Assembly (NCBI GenBank): GCA_964354495.1
Contig: CAYHAA010000005.1
Location: 60,001-92,000 of the forward strand
Direction: 5' to 3'
From: an uncultured archaeon
GTDB taxonomy: Archaea > Asgardarchaeota > Thorarchaeia > Thorarchaeales > Thorarchaeaceae
DNA length: 32,000 nt
Each line of letters begins with the position of its first letter. Position 1 is the stretch's first letter. Below are positions 8,684 to 16,710 of the stretch, in pieces. A model generated the notes under the pieces. The model searched no databases and was not told the DNA's origin. It was given only the letters and a program-made list of their open reading frames with translations. Made by a program: the position numbers and the translations under genes.

Positions 8684-9610
8684 TTATACAAAACTGCTCA
8701 CATCTAGGCAGAGCTCAGAGAGCTCCTGAGCAGTGGGTCCAAAGAGATACAGAATGGGTTCGATACCAAATCCACCGGGAACATGAATCCCAGGAAATTC
8801 AGATAGTCTACCTAGTCGCTTCCTGAGCTTCCTAAGACTATCAAAAATCCTAGCTGCGTCGCTCTCCGAGTCTGCAATGCTCGTAACCCGGAAGCCGTTC
8901 TTGACTGCTGCCTTAACGACCTCGGCTCGGCCGCTTATGCAGATGCATGCCCTTACCCTAGGCCATATGCCGCGAGCATTCACCAGTATTTCAGCAGTAT
9001 GTCGCGATGCTCCGAATTGTGGACCGATGAGAGCAACTGCGCGGCCGCTGATGACAGCTATCCGTCCCGGAACTCCTGCTACATCTTCAACACCCGAAGC
9101 ATTTTGTGTGCATGCCACGAGGTTGGCACGCACCTGAGGCACAATTCTCTCAAAGGAAGTGGAGGCTTCGATAGTCCGTAGCGCATCTTGCAGGTCGCTT
9201 ATGACATGTGCTCGGTCCACAAGATCATCATCACTCTTTCCTAGAAGTTGCGAACAGATTTGACAATTCGCCATCTTGAGAGAATGCACTGCATTCTGAT
9301 GCATCTTGCACAAGGTAGAACCAAGCCTTGAGTACATGCAGCTTGAGCACAGTTCTTTGACAACTGCATCAGCCTTCGTCTCTGGATTTTGAATCATATC
9401 TGCCAACTTCTGAACCAATCTGCTAATTTCATTGCTCATCTCAGAAGCGGAATCGCTCTGGTTCAGATAATTACTGACAGCTGCCTGGGTGACTTCCAGA
9501 CGTGAGGATATTTCCATCTGTGATAGTCCTCTCATCTTGAGGGCTTTCGCTAGCTGGGTCCTGACAGCAGGAAGAAACTCTCTCTGAACAATCTCACACG
9601 GCGGTCTCAT
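8684..9610 (-). CDS. thiR: ThiR-type thiamine regulator (N-terminal HTH plus ThiN-like domain)
   Basis: N-terminus MRPPCEIV...LPAVR...LSQMEISSRLEVTQAAVSNYL (HTH), a C/H-rich linker, and a ThiN-like C-terminal domain (IVPQVRANLV, VAGVPGRI, FGASRH, GGFGIEPILYLFG). Divergent from thiBPQ. Confidence 0.85.
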   Translation of the reverse strand: MRPPCEIVQREFLPAVRTQLAKALKMRGLSQMEISSRLEVTQAAVSNYLNQSDSASEMSNEISRLVQKLADMIQNPETKADAVVKELCSSCMYSRLGSTLCKMHQNAVHSLKMANCQICSQLLGKSDDDLVDRAHVISDLQDALRTIEASTSFERIVPQVRANLVACTQNASGVEDVAGVPGRIAVISGRAVALIGPQFGASRHTAEILVNARGIWPRVRACICISGRAEVVKAAVKNGFRVTSIADSESDAARIFDSLRKLRKRLGRLSEFPGIHVPGGFGIEPILYLFGPTAQELSELCLDVSSFV

Positions 9611-9635
9611 GCTCGGTTCCTCTCTAGGGGAAAAA

Positions 9636-9668
9636 TTATAACAGAGTTATAAGAACTGTTATAAGAAC
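9636..9668. promoter_or_regulatory. Candidate ThiR operator overlapping the divergent thiR/thiB promoters
   Basis: Perfect inverted repeat TTATAACAG-N11-CTGTTATAA (9636-9664), direct repeat GTTATAAGAAC at 9646 and 9658, and three TTATAA hexamers. An A-run lies just upstream of the first hexamer (BRE/TATA-like). Confidence 0.7.
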
Positions 9669-9704
9669 GTTTTGTTTCAAATCTCTCCAGTGGAGCGTGC
9701 GAGC

Positions 9705-10829
9705 GTGTCAGAGTACCCAGTCCGCAGGAATCCAAAGAAGATCATTGCAGCAGTGGCACTGATAGTCGTCGTCGTTGTCGCAGCCTACGGCATCGTGACA
9801 TGGTGGCATCCGCGGTTTGTCGTCTACACATATAGCAGTTTCATGGATTGGGGAGATGAAGGAGCTGAAGCTGTTCTCGAGCGAGCCTTTGCCCCATTTG
9901 AAGAGCAGTATGGAATTGACATCGATTTTGTAATTCTTAGTGGCGATGCAAACTTCATAGTTTCAAAACTGAACGCAGAAGCGGCAAATCCAATAGCTGA
10001 CGTTGTGATCGGGATAGATAACATACTGATACTTCAGGAAACAGCACGTAATGTCCTAGAACCCTACATCTCACCTAATCTCGGTCTTATCAATGAAACA
10101 CTCGTTGCCGCGCTAGACCCGGAGCACTACCTCACACCCTTTGATTTCGGGCTCGTCACACTAATCTACTCTATGAATAAAATCAATACGACAACTCATC
10201 CGGAACTTGCAAACTTGACATTCGCAGACCTAGCCACCCATGAGTTCGCGTCAGGACTTGTGACGGAGGATCCACATTTCAGTAGTCCAGGGCTTTCATT
10301 CTTGCTGTCACAGATTGCAGTCTACGAAGAAATCCTTCATGAGGACTGGACATCCTGGTGGGATACTGTTGAGAATGATATTGATGTAGAAGAGGGATGG
10401 ACAGACGCCTGGTCACTCTGGTCTTCAGATCCGACAAAGCATCTCTTGGTGAGCTATGGCACTGATCCAGCCTATTCTGCAAACGACCTTGGGACAGCTC
10501 CCGATACTGCCATAGCATCATTGTTCTATGAAAACAAACACTGGGCATGGATGCAGGTAGAGGGCATTGGTCTAGTCAAGAACGGACCCAACCCAATCTT
10601 GGGGAGAGCCTTTATCGACTACTGCTTGAATGTGACTGTGCAACAGGAAATTGCACTGAACCAGTGGATGTTTCCTGTTCGGCCCGACATTACTCTCCCT
10701 GCAGTGTATGATTATGCAATCCATCCTGATGAGATGAGCATTTTGAACACGCTTCTTAATAGCACGGAGATTGCTACGAATCTGCAGGACTGGCTTCAGC
10801 AGTATGATGCAGTAATGATGCCAGGCTAA
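9705..10829 (+). CDS. thiB: Thiamine ABC transporter substrate-binding protein
   Basis: N-terminal TM anchor and the motifs VYTYSSF, ADVVIGIDN, PFDFG, DPHFSSPGLSFL, VSYGTDPAY, QVEG and NQWMFPV. The ORF is open from 9672; the GTG at 9705 follows GGAG. Confidence 0.85.
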   Translation: MSEYPVRRNPKKIIAAVALIVVVVVAAYGIVTWWHPRFVVYTYSSFMDWGDEGAEAVLERAFAPFEEQYGIDIDFVILSGDANFIVSKLNAEAANPIADVVIGIDNILILQETARNVLEPYISPNLGLINETLVAALDPEHYLTPFDFGLVTLIYSMNKINTTTHPELANLTFADLATHEFASGLVTEDPHFSSPGLSFLLSQIAVYEEILHEDWTSWWDTVENDIDVEEGWTDAWSLWSSDPTKHLLVSYGTDPAYSANDLGTAPDTAIASLFYENKHWAWMQVEGIGLVKNGPNPILGRAFIDYCLNVTVQQEIALNQWMFPVRPDITLPAVYDYAIHPDEMSILNTLLNSTEIATNLQDWLQQYDAVMMPG

Positions 10830-10841
10830 GAGGGACAACAA

Positions 10842-12488
10842 GTGGCGCCACAGATTAGAGGGGCTCACATAGCACTTGCCACGCCGCTTGTCTTGCTTGC
10901 GGTTCTCCTTGTCTATCCCGTGATCACAGTGATCCTTCGTGGTTTCACGTCAGAAGCCGGAATGACATTCACGGAGACAATCGTGTTCAATTGGCCATAC
11001 ATAGAGTTCACATTGTTCCAAGCGATTCTGAGTACTGCGATGTCGCTCCTAGTGGGACTTCCGGGAGCCATGCTGCTGGCACGATTGAAGTTCAAGGGCA
11101 AGAACATAGTACGAGCACTGATAATAACGCCGTTTATTCTACCGCCAATCGTAGTTGTCGTTGGTTTTCTTCAGATGCTCGGTCAGTATGGTGTCATTGA
11201 CTCTTTTCTGATGTGGGCTCTTCAATCAAACACTTCAGTTCTCAATCTTGCTACGGACATTCCAGGAATCATACTCGCGCATACGTTCTACAATGCACCT
11301 CTTGTCATTCTTCTCGTATCAGCTTCGATGGAGAGGATGAATCCAGAAATCGAGGAAGCTGCAGAAATGCTGGGAGCAAACTCAAGACAGCGTTTCCGGC
11401 GAATAACACTCCCTCACATCATGCCTTCACTAATCGCAGCGGCGATTCTGACTTTTCTCTTCTGTTTCATGTCCTTTCCGATAGTTCTTGCCTTTGGTCA
11501 TGGTTCCTACAGGACAATTGAGGTTCAAATCTGGAATGCCTTTAGGTGGGCAGATTTCGGACAAGCAAGCTCCTTGGTCCTAGTCCAAATTCTCTTCACA
11601 CTCACTCTTGCTTTGGCGTACGCACGATTAGGAAGGTCCTCAGGTGGAGCACGAGGTCCTACATCTTCTATCAAGACAAAGAACCTCAGTAGTTACAGAC
11701 AAACTGAGGTCATCATGATTATCCTCTACTTCGCTGCAATGCTAATTCTGGTTGTGGGACCAATCGCTTCCATCTTTAGGGCTTCGTTATTTGACCCAAA
11801 AACTCAACACTACACACTGGATGGATTCTTCTATGTATTCAGTTGGGAAGTAGGAGGAGGTCTCAGACCTCTTCTCAATTCGCTCTATTACAGTGGCCTC
11901 GCTACATTGCTTTCAGTGGGACTTGGAATTCCGCTTGCGTATGCCCACCGCTCAAAAACACGATTCCTATCCCCCTTTACTTCAGTGATGGTCTTGCTTC
12001 CTCTTGGGATATCCTCAATCACAATTGCCTACGGACTCATGACTGCGATTGCGATTCCGACGGGTTTCAACATCAATCCCTGGCCAATCATTGTGCTGGC
12101 GCAGACAATCATTGGGCTCCCCTTCACTGCTAGATCAATCGAAATCTCTCTAAGGAATATTGATCCTCTTCTCATTGAACAAGCGGATGCACTTGGTGCT
12201 TCGCGCCTTCAGAAGCTCTTCTTTGTCGAACTACCGCTCTTAGCTCCGGGAATACTTGTCGGAGCTGCATTCGCATTTGCAATGGCAATCGGAGAGATGT
12301 CAGCGACCCTTTTCATTGCTCTCCCCCAGAACTTCACTCTAGCCGTTGCCATCTATGGCAATCTGGCCGTGAGGAACTTCGTAGAAGCCGGAGCCTCGGC
12401 ACTCATTCTAATGTTCACCTGCATAGTGGCATTTCTTGCGATGGAAAAGGTTTCTGAGGGAAGTGTCGGAGGTGCACTAAAATGGTAA
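10842..12488 (+). CDS. thiP: Thiamine ABC transporter permease (duplicated membrane domain)
   Basis: 548 aa with two EAA loops (EEAAEMLGAN and EQADALGAS), ILAHTFYNAPLV and many TM helices. Confidence 0.85.
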   Translation: MAPQIRGAHIALATPLVLLAVLLVYPVITVILRGFTSEAGMTFTETIVFNWPYIEFTLFQAILSTAMSLLVGLPGAMLLARLKFKGKNIVRALIITPFILPPIVVVVGFLQMLGQYGVIDSFLMWALQSNTSVLNLATDIPGIILAHTFYNAPLVILLVSASMERMNPEIEEAAEMLGANSRQRFRRITLPHIMPSLIAAAILTFLFCFMSFPIVLAFGHGSYRTIEVQIWNAFRWADFGQASSLVLVQILFTLTLALAYARLGRSSGGARGPTSSIKTKNLSSYRQTEVIMIILYFAAMLILVVGPIASIFRASLFDPKTQHYTLDGFFYVFSWEVGGGLRPLLNSLYYSGLATLLSVGLGIPLAYAHRSKTRFLSPFTSVMVLLPLGISSITIAYGLMTAIAIPTGFNINPWPIIVLAQTIIGLPFTARSIEISLRNIDPLLIEQADALGASRLQKLFFVELPLLAPGILVGAAFAFAMAIGEMSATLFIALPQNFTLAVAIYGNLAVRNFVEAGASALILMFTCIVAFLAMEKVSEGSVGGALKW

Positions 12489-13543
12489 ACGTCGAATTGA
12501 AAGGACTGGTGAGAGTGTTTGCAGATGGCACTAGGGTGGGGCCCATCGATCTGCTGGTGAAGGATGGAGAGCTCATTACTCTCCTCGGGCCCAGTGGAAC
12601 GGGAAAGACAACCACACTCAGGATGATAGCGGGATTCATTGAAGTGGACAAGGGTAGTATTCTCTTCGATTCAAAGAATATCATTAGCCTGCCAACACGA
12701 GAGAGAAACATTGGCATGGTCTTTCAATCTGTTGCATTGTTCCCCAACATGACCGTCTATGAGAACATCGCCTTTGGACCGGATATGGCTGAGTGGCCTC
12801 ATGAGAAGACGGTAAGAAGAGTTGAGGAGTTGGCGGACTTGCTCGAGATTCGACATTTGTTGAAAAGGAGAATCAACGAGATAAGCGGGGGCGAAGCCCA
12901 GAGAGTCGCACTAGCGCGTGCTTTGGCAAAAGAACCAGCTCTCCTCCTGCTTGATGAACCACTCTCTTCTCTTGACCCTCAGCTCAGAGAACGACTTCAA
13001 ACTGAGATCAGGAGGATACAGAAAAGAGTGGGAATTACAACCATCTATGTCACGCATAGTCAGGATGAAGCATTTGCAATATCAGACCGAGTGGCAATTA
13101 TCCAAGATGGCAGGGTGGTCCAAGTAGGAACTCCTGAAGAAATCTATGAATGCCCTGCGACTGAGTTCGTGGCAAAGTTCCTCGGAAGTGGAAATGTCTT
13201 GCAGGGTGTCGTCAAAAAGAGAGAAGATGGAAAGATGCTTATTGACATCAATGGGATTATGCTAGAGGGACGAGAAGGTCTGACAGCTGGTGATACTCTC
13301 AAACTCACCATCAAACCAGAAGATATCACAATATCAAGTGAGATAGAACCAGACTCGGCGACAGGAAGAGTCATCTCAATAGTTCCACAAGTAGGGTCCT
13401 TCAAGATTACTCTAGATTTCCAAGGTGCGCACATCGTTGCACTCTCACAAGATGAGACACTCGTGAAGAGATTGAGGGATAATGAGGACATGCCTGTATC
13501 GTTCTCATTCAGGTCGGAGGATGCAGTTATTCTCAATGAATGA
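12482..13543 (+). CDS. thiQ: ABC transporter ATP-binding subunit (ThiQ/PotA-like)
   Basis: Walker A GPSGTGKT, signature ISGGEAQR, Walker B LLLLDEP, H-loop YVTHSQ and a C-terminal TOBE-like region. Overlaps thiP by 7 bp. Confidence 0.85.
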   Translation: MVNVELKGLVRVFADGTRVGPIDLLVKDGELITLLGPSGTGKTTTLRMIAGFIEVDKGSILFDSKNIISLPTRERNIGMVFQSVALFPNMTVYENIAFGPDMAEWPHEKTVRRVEELADLLEIRHLLKRRINEISGGEAQRVALARALAKEPALLLLDEPLSSLDPQLRERLQTEIRRIQKRVGITTIYVTHSQDEAFAISDRVAIIQDGRVVQVGTPEEIYECPATEFVAKFLGSGNVLQGVVKKREDGKMLIDINGIMLEGREGLTAGDTLKLTIKPEDITISSEIEPDSATGRVISIVPQVGSFKITLDFQGAHIVALSQDETLVKRLRDNEDMPVSFSFRSEDAVILNE

Positions 13544-13753
13544 TTAAAAGCGTGCGTGGATGTCCGGCCAGTTGTGCCCCTGATTATGATACTGTAAGAT
13601 GGAAATGCCAACCAATTGCTCAGCATATCCAGCACAATAACAATCATATAGCATAAACAATGATAAAATTGCAGGCTGGCAATACACACAAGGTATATGT
13701 CCTGAGTTGCCGCACAGCAAGATACAAGCTCAACAATGGCGTTGTGATAGATT

Positions 13754-14683
13754 ATGGTAGTAGGCTACGAGGTTCTGGAAGATGGAACCCTTCACGAAAT
13801 AGAGCTGTCAAAGGACGGCCTAGATTCAACACTCGTTCTTTGCGTTGTTGATGACGAAACTAAGAGTATCTATCTCTGGAAAGGAAGCCAAGCAGGTGTG
13901 AGAGTGAGATTCATTGGAGCTAGGGTGGCCACCAATCTCAGGACCGAGTATGGATTCAATTTCAAAGTACGCCCATTGGATGAAGGCGAGGAGCCGCCGA
14001 CTTTCTTCTCAGCATTGAATGGATCGACAGCGGCTTCGAGAATAGTGAAACCTGGAGAAAAAGCGCCTCCCCCAGCACCTCCTAAGCCTAAGAGAGAACT
14101 TGTCGCTGAGCCTGCCTCAGCACCTCCGCCGAAGCCTATTCGTGAAATGGCAAAGGTTGAGCCAGTAGCCTCAACAATGCATGAAGCCATTCCAACACCA
14201 AGACCTCAGGCAGCTGCCCCGTCTATCAAGGCTCCATCCACACAGACTCCTATCGCTTCTGCAAGACCAGCAGTTGCGCAGAGCGAGATTGCAGAGATGA
14301 TTAGGGAATTGGAAACCGTGGATCCGCCAGAGGGCTATGAGAGGCAACTCGTAGTCGTCTACAACGACCTGTACACTGTCGCAGAGCATAAGACCACATT
14401 ATTTGGACAGGAAAAAGTCGAAAGGCGCATCGAGAAAGTCAGAGATCCCCCTGAGGGAACTTTCATGGCTGAAGGTTTTATACCAAGAGTCATCGTGAAA
14501 GATGGAAGAGTGCTTGGTATTGAACTACTAAAGGGAACACCTGATGCAATTTTGAGCCCTATTAAGGCTGAAATGAAGGAACGTCTCAGTGATTTGATAA
14601 CCTTCTTCAAATCTGAAACAGAAGGAGAAGGAGCACCGACTGAATCGAAGACCAAGAAAGGCAAAAAATTGGTTGCCAAATGA
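13754..14683 (+). CDS. Asgard single-domain gelsolin with C-terminal X domain (1DGelX-like)
   Basis: N-terminal gelsolin-type domain (LDSTLVLCVVDDETKSIYLWKGSQAGVRVRFIGAR...DEGEEPPTF), a Pro/Ala-rich linker, a C-terminal domain (PEGYERQLVVV...PEGTFMAEGFIPRVIV...GIELLK) and a Lys-rich tail. Confidence 0.75.
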   Translation: MVVGYEVLEDGTLHEIELSKDGLDSTLVLCVVDDETKSIYLWKGSQAGVRVRFIGARVATNLRTEYGFNFKVRPLDEGEEPPTFFSALNGSTAASRIVKPGEKAPPPAPPKPKRELVAEPASAPPPKPIREMAKVEPVASTMHEAIPTPRPQAAAPSIKAPSTQTPIASARPAVAQSEIAEMIRELETVDPPEGYERQLVVVYNDLYTVAEHKTTLFGQEKVERRIEKVRDPPEGTFMAEGFIPRVIVKDGRVLGIELLKGTPDAILSPIKAEMKERLSDLITFFKSETEGEGAPTESKTKKGKKLVAK

Positions 14684-14724
14684 TTCTGTATTATGAAGCA
14701 AAATCCAATAAGAGGGAAAGAGCG

Positions 14725-15111
14725 ATGTCATCACAAATTGACCCAGCAAAGGAAAGAGAACTAGTGGAGCTGCTGATGGGGCTCACGAACTATGCCGACC
14801 TAGATGCAATTGCAGTTGTCAGTAAGCAAGGCGTGAAACTTGCCTACTTTGCAACTGAAGACTCTGATGCAGATCCAGATTTGATGGCTGCAGTGAGTGC
14901 GGCATTACTCATGACCGGAGACATGGCAGCAAGTAAGCTCGGTCTCGATGAACTCTATGAGGTTGTTGTCAGAGGCAAACAAGGCTTTGTTGTTCTCTCA
15001 CATGCCGGAGATTTTCTGTTGATGGGATCTGCAAGAGACCTGACATCAATGGGATTAGCCGTCACTCAGATGCGAAAATATGCGCGTGAGGTTGGAGCGC
15101 TTCTTAGTTAG
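14725..15111 (+). CDS. Roadblock/LC7 (MglB-like) domain protein
   Basis: 128 aa from the ATG at 14725 (after AGAGGGA). Pattern IAVVSKQG...DPDLMAAVSAALL...LGLDELYEVVVRGKQGFVVL...MGLA..QMRK. Confidence 0.85.
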   Translation: MSSQIDPAKERELVELLMGLTNYADLDAIAVVSKQGVKLAYFATEDSDADPDLMAAVSAALLMTGDMAASKLGLDELYEVVVRGKQGFVVLSHAGDFLLMGSARDLTSMGLAVTQMRKYAREVGALLS

Positions 15112-15217
15112 GAGGCAATCAGTTTACAATTTTATTTCCAGGATTCAGACTCCTGATGCTTATGACCAGTTGGAAGATCATCAGGACATTAAACGGAACC
15201 AACAGGGAGTCGTGCAC

Positions 15218-15616
15218 ATGAAGGGCATTATCGTGTTTGATGAAGGTGGCATGAATCAAGCATCAATTGGTCTTGATAACATTCAAGTCGATCCAGATCT
15301 CTTTGGCGCCTTCATTGCAGCAATTCAGGCATACGCAAAGAGATACGTTGGTAGTGAGATGAGAGAGGTGACCTACAGCAATGTCAGACTGATGGTCGGA
15401 CGTGCTGGTCCGTATCATGTTGTCACTCTTCACTCTATTGATGATGCTGACGCAGACTGGAATCATAGTGCAACATTGAACGTGCTTGAAACCGAGGACT
15501 ACGTTCTTGACGACGAGCATCTTGGCATTCTAAATGAGCTTCTTACAGGTGAGGTTCTATCCCCACGTGAAGTGGAAAGAGGTATCGACACCTTGGCCTC
15601 AATCAAAGCTAAATAG
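15218..15616 (+). CDS. Longin-like (profilin-like fold) domain protein
   Basis: 132 aa from the ATG at 15218 (after GGGAG). GIIVFDEGG...DPDLFGAFIAAIQAYAK...EMREVTYSNVRLMV resembles Asgard longin-type domains. Confidence 0.55.
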   Translation: MKGIIVFDEGGMNQASIGLDNIQVDPDLFGAFIAAIQAYAKRYVGSEMREVTYSNVRLMVGRAGPYHVVTLHSIDDADADWNHSATLNVLETEDYVLDDEHLGILNELLTGEVLSPREVERGIDTLASIKAK

Positions 15617-15624
15617 CATACAGC

Positions 15625-16710
15625 TCATTTTGAACCCAACTGCTTGAAAGTAACTATTTCATGCAGCGCGTTGCCGTTTTCCTCATAGCTTTTGCCATTG
15701 TGCGTTACTCTGAGCCTGAAATCAGAACTCAATCTGAAGTAGCCTGGTTTCATGTGGAGAATATTCTTGGCAATGAACCTAAGTGCGACATTGAAATTGC
15801 TGAGCATACTTTCTGCTTCGAGAACCTTGGCAACATCAAGTCGAACATTCAGCATTTCCGGGGCGGCGATAGTGATCGTTTTAGGAAAACTATGGCCAGC
15901 CGCTTCGCTGTATTCGAAGCTCTCTTGATTGAAGTCATACTCCCCGGAGCTCAGAATGACTTCCCTACCCTTTGCTAACATAAGGACTTTGACAGCATGG
16001 CGGTCCACTTTCTGATTGCACTGAATGAAGGCATATGACACTGTGAAATTCTTCGAATACACTCGTCCCCACATCCAATACTCGATTATGCTTGAAAAGG
16101 AAAAGTTGAGCCAATTGTGGTCATGATAGCCAACCCCAGAGACCTGCATGGTCTTTTCTCCATCACGAACAGTACCACTCACTTCCGCCCTGGCAAAAGG
16201 AACAACCCATGCAAAATAGTCGAGGTCTCCGAAGTGCGAAAAACCAGTTCCCGGTTTCCAGCCAGCTACAAGGCTCTTGTATGTCAGGTCAAAAGCAAGG
16301 TCCTTCTCATCCAGATGAATTCGATATATTGGCAAGTCCCCTTGAGAGTAGTCAACCTCCAGGTGGTTGCCTGCTATTGCTACCTCTGCCCTTTCACGTG
16401 AGGCTGAGAAATCGGACTGCTTGTACTTGATGAACCTCTGTGTCTTCCGTCCATCTGGACGGAGCAGAACGAGCTCGACACCGATCTTGCCTTGGGCCAG
16501 ACCAGGATTCGGATTTGCTGCGTAGAAGAACGCAACAAGTGTGTAGCCTCCATCGAGATGGGCATCAAAATACCACCACTCAAATTGATTCTTCTTGCCC
16601 ACCTCGATGTGCAAGGCATCATCTCCAGGTAGGAGGGGATTGATCACTCCATCTCTTCTGCCGGGACCAGTCCATCCCTCTTTGACATTCGGATTGATAT
16701 TGTCTGTCAT
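15625..16710 (-). CDS. CrtC/AttH/tocopherol-cyclase-like (lipocalin-like beta-barrel) protein
   Basis: Contains FEWWYFDAHL, FAWVVP, GVGYHDHNW and WMWGR. ATGA overlap with the upstream gene. Confidence 0.7.
   Translation of the reverse strand: MTDNINPNVKEGWTGPGRRDGVINPLLPGDDALHIEVGKKNQFEWWYFDAHLDGGYTLVAFFYAANPNPGLAQGKIGVELVLLRPDGRKTQRFIKYKQSDFSASRERAEVAIAGNHLEVDYSQGDLPIYRIHLDEKDLAFDLTYKSLVAGWKPGTGFSHFGDLDYFAWVVPFARAEVSGTVRDGEKTMQVSGVGYHDHNWLNFSFSSIIEYWMWGRVYSKNFTVSYAFIQCNQKVDRHAVKVLMLAKGREVILSSGEYDFNQESFEYSEAAGHSFPKTITIAAPEMLNVRLDVAKVLEAESMLSNFNVALRFIAKNILHMKPGYFRLSSDFRLRVTHNGKSYEENGNALHEIVTFKQLGSK

Noticed and set aside
9611-9704. TPP riboswitch upstream of thiB
   Set aside because: The region is too short, no GGG/CUGAGA/AGGGA-type conserved elements are visible, and the DNA palindrome with ThiR explains the regulation.
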